A stretch of 6,026 nucleotides of DNA from a virus. Made by a program: the position numbers and the translations under genes. Below, piece by piece: positions 1-3,748 of this stretch. The DNA lies in the IMG/VR virus record IMGVR_UViG_3300020041_000015, positions 1-6,026 of that record; one strand, given 5' to 3'. Position 1 is the first letter of the stretch. Each line of letters starts with the position of its first letter. The notes below the pieces were generated by a model. That model ran no database searches. It was not told where the DNA came from and worked only from the letters and a program-made list of their open reading frames with translations.

Positions 1-116
1 AAGGGCGAGGCATATAACCAAGAAAATCACCAACGCCAGCAGATACGAATTTTCGCGTATAACGGCGATGTTGGAGGAGGCTAGATAAAGGTGTAAGTTT
101 TCCATCTACAGTAACA
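1..116. repeat. Terminal redundancy, copy 1 (identical to 5911..6026). It marks circular closure and is not a biological repeat.
   Basis: Base-by-base comparison: aagggcgaggcatataacc...tccatctacagtaaca occurs at both window ends. It lies inside the VP4 reading frame. Confidence 0.95.
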
Positions 117-703
117 TATTTATCCGAAAGTTCTTCGGGATTAAACTGAATTTGTTTAGTAACATATTTAACAACGTATCGAGCACGCTTATGCGTGCCT
201 TTTCCAAGCCACACGAAGCCGAAATCGCCTACAGCCTCCCGAATTTTGTTGTAAAGGACGTTTGTTCCGAAAAGGAAGCCATGAAAGTGCAGGCGAGGTT
301 CATTTCCGATCTCAGGGTGAGTTCCGAACTCCTGAAAAAACGCATGCTTAAAAGAATGACCAAGCTTGTGGCGAACGCGTTCATTCCATCGTCGAATAAA
401 CTTAGCCGGATCAAGAAGCGCCTCCTGATAGTACTTAGGCGCAATCGTGATAGTAATAAATATCGCCTGCTGGCTATCGGCCTTGCAACGAGCCAACTCG
501 CGCTCGAGACGAACAAACCAATCGTTACGCAAACGACGCAGGCAATCTTCACACTTTCCACATGGGACAAGCAGCCACTGGCGACTGACGTCCCAAGGTC
601 GAAGGGCTAAGGCAGATTTAGCGACATCCGAACCATTACGACAAGGATTCTTCTTATCGAAATAACGACGGTTGCGGATCCATATGGGAGACGAGCAGGC
701 CAT
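1..703 (-). CDS. VP4: Replication initiation protein VP4 (HUH rolling-circle endonuclease), N-terminal part (aa 1-234). It continues across the circular junction into 5910..5543. Full gene = join(5543..5910,1..703), 1,071 nt, 356 aa plus TAA.
   Basis: Hand translation from ATG at 703..701: MACSSPIWIRNRRYFDKKNPCRNGSDVAKSALALRPWDVSRQWLLVPCGKCEDCLRRLRNDWFVRLERELARCKADSQQAIFITITIAPKYYQEALLDPAKFIRRWNERVRHKLGHSFKHAFFQEFGTHPEIGNEPRLHFHGFLFGTNVLYNKIREAVGDFGFVWLGKGTHKRARYVVKYVTKQIQFNPEELSDKYVTVDGKLTPLSSLLQHRRYTRKFVSAGVGDFLGY... The frame is open to base 1. Motifs: M-x-C-x2-P N-terminus; CGKCEDC (542..562); motif I FITITI (443..460); HUH motif HFHGFLF (269..289); catalytic Y-x3-Y YVVKYVTK (155..178). 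An in-frame TAA lies 10 codons upstream of the ATG. The gene is absent from the ORF track because it has no stop inside the left edge. Confidence 0.93.
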   Translation of the reverse strand, partial: MACSSPIWIRNRRYFDKKNPCRNGSDVAKSALALRPWDVSRQWLLVPCGKCEDCLRRLRNDWFVRLERELARCKADSQQAIFITITIAPKYYQEALLDPAKFIRRWNERVRHKLGHSFKHAFFQEFGTHPEIGNEPRLHFHGFLFGTNVLYNKIREAVGDFGFVWLGKGTHKRARYVVKYVTKQIQFNPEELSDKYVTVDGKLTPLSSLLQHRRYTRKFVSAGVGDFLGYMPRP

Positions 704-903
704 TAGAAAAGACTTTCGAGACAATCGAATTTAATATAAGGGTTAGTGCGGCGACAGCGAATAAGATAATCATTCGCAGGGACTTCGTCGACGAACCAAG
801 CAATAATGACTCGCTTTCGGCCACGGTAAGCGCCAACCGAATAACGGTGAGGTCTGCTATTAATGACAGGAGAGTATCTAGGTCTGAAATCGAAGTGATC
901 CAT
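703..903 (-). CDS. Hypothetical 66-aa arginine-rich protein, translationally coupled to VP4.
   Basis: ATG start at 903. Its stop overlaps the VP4 start (TAATG at 705..701). It has 10 R and 2 K against 7 D/E. By hand count about 31 of 66 codons end in T, like the confirmed genes here (about 45-48 percent). The overlapping 95-aa frame reaches only about 23 percent. Confidence 0.55.
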   Translation of the reverse strand: MDHFDFRPRYSPVINSRPHRYSVGAYRGRKRVIIAWFVDEVPANDYLIRCRRTNPYIKFDCLESLF

Positions 904-932
904 AATTCAAAAATTAAAATATACAGGGAACT

Positions 933-971
933 AATAAACAAAAGAGAACCACAGGAGAGATGAGTCTCCTG
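933..971 (-). terminator. Candidate intrinsic terminator or structured element: 7-bp stem, 6-nt loop, followed by a T-rich tract on the coding strand.
   Basis: + strand caggaga(952..958)-gatgag-tctcctg(965..971) is a perfect inverted repeat. On the - strand it is followed by TGGTTCTCTTTTGTTTATT (951..933). It lies 49 nt after the stop of the 107-aa ORF, in a 117-nt non-coding gap. Confidence 0.35.
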
Positions 972-1020
972 AGGTTCAACGAGTTAAAGAACTCTTCCAC
1001 CGAGCGGACGGGTCACTACT

Positions 1021-1344
1021 CTAGTGCCCTTTCCCTTCTTCTTTCGACGTGCTTTCATCGTAAGTCAAGTCAGCATTAAACATAAGGACAAGGGTGTTGT
1101 CGAAAAAGTCGATCGAAAAGTCAGGGTAAGCGATCAGAGCCTCTACAAGACTGGGGATGCGACAATGATCGATGTAGGGCGAAACAGAAATAGTAGAGTG
1201 CGCCACATAGTCTGAGATAGGAGTACAAGCAAGAGCATCAAGATGAAGCGGCTCAAACTGCCCATCCTTAATGTATCCTACCTGTACAAAATCAATCTTG
1301 AGAGCCGGCGAAACCCGGCGAATAACAACGTGAACGTGGGTCAT
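1021..1344 (-). CDS. Hypothetical 107-aa acidic protein of unknown function.
   Basis: ATG start, TAG stop, same strand as all other genes, 11 nt after the preceding ORF. About 45 of 107 codons end in T (hand count). Net charge is about -8. I recognise no motif. Confidence 0.65.
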   Translation of the reverse strand: MTHVHVVIRRVSPALKIDFVQVGYIKDGQFEPLHLDALACTPISDYVAHSTISVSPYIDHCRIPSLVEALIAYPDFSIDFFDNTLVLMFNADLTYDESTSKEEGKGH

Positions 1345-1355
1345 GATAATATAAT

Positions 1356-1673
1356 TTAAATGTGTTTAGAAAAACTAGCATAAAAACGCGACCAAGCTTC
1401 AGAGTGCTTAATCCAAAACTTGTAACCCTCAGAAGTTGAGGTAAACAGGAAAGCGGAGGAGATAAGAGAAGCAGGGCCGAGCTTGGATTTACCAAAAAGA
1501 TATCGGATGTGCTCACGCAAGCAATCTCGAAAGGAGCTCGTAGCCGTAGGACGGCGGTCGTAGTTTGCCCGAAAAGCTCTGTACACCCTTCGGCGGACTA
1601 GCCATTCGACAAACGCATATTCTACGACATCGACTAGCAATCTGTCAACTTTAACGCTTTTTTGTTTTTCCAT
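1356..1673 (-). CDS. Hypothetical 105-aa basic protein of unknown function.
   Basis: It has a single ATG (no internal Met) and a TAA stop. It is the first ORF after the candidate promoter. Net charge is about +10 (R-rich stretch VRRRVYRAFRANYDRR). The C-terminal aromatic motif is AFLFTSTSEGYKFWIKHSEAW. T-ending codons are fewer in the first half (about 12 of 52) than in the second (about 26 of 53). Confidence 0.6.
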   Translation of the reverse strand: MEKQKSVKVDRLLVDVVEYAFVEWLVRRRVYRAFRANYDRRPTATSSFRDCLREHIRYLFGKSKLGPASLISSAFLFTSTSEGYKFWIKHSEAWSRFYASFSKHI

Positions 1674-1699
1674 AATAATAGAGTTATTGGTTTACAATG

Positions 1700-1731
1700 C
1701 AAATATAACAACAAAAAACTCAAAATGCAAA
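1700..1731 (-). promoter_or_regulatory. Candidate Bacteroidetes-type promoter: TTTG (-33) - N20 - TATATTTG (-7).
   Basis: - strand of the 72-nt VP2/105-aa-ORF spacer: AACTATTGATTTTTTTTGCATTTTGAGTTTTTTGTTGTTATATTTGCATTGTAAACCAATAACTCTATTATT-ATG. TATATTTG (1707..1700) fits TAnnTTTG exactly. TTTG (1731..1728) lies 20 nt upstream. Both elements sit inside a direct 8-mer repeat TTTGCATT (+ strand aatgcaaa at 1696..1703 and 1724..1731). Confidence 0.45.
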
Positions 1732-1745
1732 AAAAATCAATAGTT

Positions 1746-3113
1746 CTAACGAGATCTACGAGTACTGCCATACGTACTCGAGTGACCACTGCGATTCATT
1801 TCCGTTTTCGCGTAACCAACAACGTTTCCGCTCGAGTCATAACGAGTTGTTAGCGATGAGCCTGCGGAGCTGCTGGAAGAGCCGCCGGCTGAAATAGTGC
1901 CAGCGGCACGAGACATACCTCCACGAATTATGCCTGCACCAGCAACGCTACCAGCGACACTAACCAAAGATTTCGCGATTTCGACATACGGATCAATCTT
2001 CGCATTACGAAGAGCGATACGAGCTTGCTCGGGGAGAAAATCAGAAGCATTCGCTTCGTTTATAGCTGTCTTGTCATGAAAATCCTTAAGAGACATAGAA
2101 ACCTTAAAGGTTCGAGGCCCAGGATTTGCGCGAACAACGGGATTTTTGCTCCTAAGGTTCTCAGAATATTGAGGATTCGGAATGTCAACTTCAAAACGTT
2201 TATCCCAATTGCGTACAAGCTCATTGGCGGTATCGAGATTGTTCAGGCGCAATGACTCTATAACTTCACGAGCTTGACCGCCAAGAGCCTGATTAAGAGC
2301 GGCCTGAGTTCTCATCATAAAGGATTGCGCTGACATCAAGGCGCCTAGATTCTCATTTTCGATATCCAAACGACGAACCTCCCTATCAATAAGAGCGGCC
2401 TGATTTTTTTTCTCATCAATAGCACTCAAAAGAGTAGCGTCAGAAATAAAGAGGGCATTCTTCTCAAGACTCTCCTGTACTTTGAGAACATCAACAACAG
2501 CCAAATTATGTTTGGCGGCAGATTGCTCTAGATCTACACGAGCTTGTGCCATAAGAGTGTACAGCTGCTTACCTACGTTTTGATCATTAATTGATTGAGC
2601 TTGAGCGTTATCAAGATTAGCAGCAGCATCATTACGGCTAACCGTCGATTGAGCAACCATATTCTGCGCAATAGCGGTCGGATCACCAACGGGAGGCGAG
2701 CCAAGGCCAACAGAGGGACCACCAGTAGGGCCGGAAGCAGAGGGCATAGGGGCAGAGCCGCCCGACATGGTAGCGTTCACACCGACACCGGAAGAGCCTA
2801 AAACAGCAGCGGGAGTTACACCAGCCTTAAGATAGCGATCAAAAACCTTCGAAGGGTCATTGTAGGCATTCTCATAGTCAAACTGCCTCTGCCAATTAGC
2901 ATAAGAAAGTTCTGACTGTTTCTGCATCTGCTCCAAGGCGTATTGCTGTTGAAGCTTCATTTGCTTTTGCTGAAAACGCCACTGGCGGCGGGCATTCATA
3001 CCGCCGAAAAGTTGACCAAGGGCGCCGGTAATCAGGCCGGTAGTACCCGTAGAGGCGGCGGATTGGCCAAGAGCTTGGCCGAAAGATGCGGCGGCGGTAA
3101 CAGGAACGGGCAT
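1746..3113 (-). CDS. VP2: Minor capsid / DNA pilot protein VP2 (455 aa).
   Basis: It has the position and size expected of a microvirus pilot protein. The N-terminus is Gly/Ala-rich and hydrophobic (GQALGQSAASTGTTGLITGALGQLFGG). A Q-rich segment follows, then the conserved-type stretch YANWQRQFDYENAYNDPSKVFDRYLKAGVTPAAVLG (compare the AGLNP region of gokushovirus VP2). There is a long predicted helical, coiled-coil-like middle and a Ser/Gly-rich tail. ATG at 3113, one nt after the upstream stop. Confidence 0.85.
   Translation of the reverse strand: MPVPVTAAASFGQALGQSAASTGTTGLITGALGQLFGGMNARRQWRFQQKQMKLQQQYALEQMQKQSELSYANWQRQFDYENAYNDPSKVFDRYLKAGVTPAAVLGSSGVGVNATMSGGSAPMPSASGPTGGPSVGLGSPPVGDPTAIAQNMVAQSTVSRNDAAANLDNAQAQSINDQNVGKQLYTLMAQARVDLEQSAAKHNLAVVDVLKVQESLEKNALFISDATLLSAIDEKKNQAALIDREVRRLDIENENLGALMSAQSFMMRTQAALNQALGGQAREVIESLRLNNLDTANELVRNWDKRFEVDIPNPQYSENLRSKNPVVRANPGPRTFKVSMSLKDFHDKTAINEANASDFLPEQARIALRNAKIDPYVEIAKSLVSVAGSVAGAGIIRGGMSRAAGTISAGGSSSSSAGSSLTTRYDSSGNVVGYAKTEMNRSGHSSTYGSTRRSR
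1759..1780 (-). other. Perfect 7-bp stem / 8-nt loop hairpin in the last codons of VP2.
   Basis: + strand cgagtac(1759..1765)-tgccatac-gtactcg(1774..1780). It lies about 22 nt upstream (on the coding strand) of the T8 run that opens the AT-rich spacer. Confidence 0.3.
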
Positions 3114-3114
3114 A

Positions 3115-3417
3115 CTACACGCGAGTTAAGTTGTTAGAGCGAATGACATAATCGACACGAACAGTGTCGATGTGAACACCACTACGCTGCACCCTAGCCT
3201 GGGCAGAACACGAGGCAAGGAAAAAGGCAGCTAAAGCGGCAACAATAGAAGAGACGAGCGTCCAAAACGCCTTCGACTTATAAAACGGATGTTTGGGATC
3301 AGACATGATAGTAAAATTTAAAGAACGATAGAAAAATGCGCGACCACTCCTGCAGTCGTTACCAATAACCTCTAACAATTCACGAACTCTTGCAAGAGGG
3401 GTCCGCGCACGTAGCAT
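3115..3417 (-). CDS. Small membrane protein with a lipobox. It is 100 aa from ATG 3417; the internal ATG at 3306 gives a 63-aa canonical lipoprotein precursor.
   Basis: From M at 3306: MSDPKHPFYKSKAFWTLVSSIVAALAAFFLASC|SAQARVQRSGVHIDTVRVDYVIRSNNLTRV. This gives a K-rich n-region, a 17-residue hydrophobic core and the lipobox L-A-S-C (Cys codon 3208..3210). The predicted mature peptide is 31 aa including the lipidated Cys, with net positive charge. The stop TAG at 3115..3117 is 1 nt from the VP2 ATG. The upstream extension from 3417 has about 17 of 36 T-ending codons, so it may be translated. The track version from 3501 starts with TTG and overlaps the previous gene by 62 nt. Confidence 0.55.
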   Translation of the reverse strand: MLRARTPLARVRELLEVIGNDCRSGRAFFYRSLNFTIMSDPKHPFYKSKAFWTLVSSIVAALAAFFLASCSAQARVQRSGVHIDTVRVDYVIRSNNLTRV

Positions 3418-3439
3418 ATATCGTCGAGTAAAGAATACG

Positions 3440-3736
3440 CTATTTTTCTTCAGGCCTAGTAGAATTCGAAGTAGGGGTAGGATTATCAAGCTGTAAGTCA
3501 ATGAGTTCCTGACCTACCTCGAGACCGTCGAACTTGTCCATACGAGAAAACGAATTAGGGTCGAAGTCAATCTCGGGATTGAATTTCTCACCCTTATCGA
3601 AATCAGACGAGGTAGCCTCAACATCGGGGCGACCAGGAAGAACGTCAACAGATCCTGAACCGTTAAGAACAGAGAGAATGCGTTGACCACGAGAAACATA
3701 AGCGGGGGCGTCCTCAAGTAACCAATCAAGTGCCAT
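3440..3736 (-). CDS. Hypothetical 98-aa strongly acidic protein, a possible scaffolding-type protein.
   Basis: ATG 12 nt after the VP1 stop, TAG stop. About 47 of 98 codons end in T (hand count), which strongly supports this frame. It has 20 D/E against 9 K/R. D/E/F/P-rich segment: DFDKGEKFNPEIDFDPNSFSRMDKFDGLE. Confidence 0.7.
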   Translation of the reverse strand: MALDWLLEDAPAYVSRGQRILSVLNGSGSVDVLPGRPDVEATSSDFDKGEKFNPEIDFDPNSFSRMDKFDGLEVGQELIDLQLDNPTPTSNSTRPEEK

Positions 3737-3748
3737 AGGATCAATATA

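Noticed and set aside
229-570. 113-aa - strand ORF inside VP4.
   Set aside because: It is an alternative frame of the motif-rich VP4 region. It is a continuation of the 66-aa frame after two stops, and its sequence is Cys/Arg/Leu-rich and unlike a protein.
152-610. 152-aa + strand ORF (TTG start), and all other + strand ORFs in the track: 447..665, 1024..1215, 1662..1853, 1897..2079, 2025..2255, 2595..2801, 2943..3137, 4079..4372, 4403..4621, 4889..5071, 5294..5518, 5768..5998.
   Set aside because: Each lies antisense to a well-supported - strand gene (VP4, VP2, VP1 or the small ORFs). Many use non-ATG starts. Microvirus genomes are transcribed from one strand only. None shows a recognisable motif.
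654-941. 95-aa hydrophobic ORF overlapping the 66-aa ORF and the VP4 start.
   Set aside because: It has a TTG start in non-coding DNA. Only about 23 percent of its codons end in T, against about 47 percent for the competing 66-aa frame. It is in the +1 frame, so it shows the same hydrophobicity artefact.
908-942. Second Bacteroidetes-like promoter (TTTG-N23-AATTTTTG) upstream of the 66-aa ORF.
   Set aside because: It has one mismatch in the -7 element and an over-long spacer. The predicted start site would fall on the ATG itself. It is mentioned only as a weak possibility.
1292-1516. 74-aa GTG-start ORF overlapping the 105-aa and 107-aa ORFs. Also the alternative-frame ORFs inside VP1 and the acidic gene: 3514..3774 (TTG), 3877..4113, 4342..4542, 4618..4863, 5284..5514.
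   Set aside because: These are non-ATG or internal alternative-frame ORFs inside better-supported genes. Their Leu/Phe/Arg/Ser-rich composition is typical of out-of-frame translation of a T-rich strand.
3337-3409. Imperfect long-range inverted repeat (tgcgcgacc ... ggtccgcgca), together with the 12-nt palindrome ctcttgcaagag (3387..3398). I considered this a possible origin in a 133-nt spacer.
   Set aside because: The stem needs a bulge and encloses a loop of about 54 nt. The region has coding-like third-position bias in the frame of the 3417 start, so it is probably coding rather than a spacer.
3115-3501. 128-aa version of the membrane or lipoprotein ORF as listed in the track.
   Set aside because: It starts at TTG and overlaps the acidic gene by 62 nt. 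ATG 3417 (22 nt after the upstream stop) or ATG 3306 are better starts.
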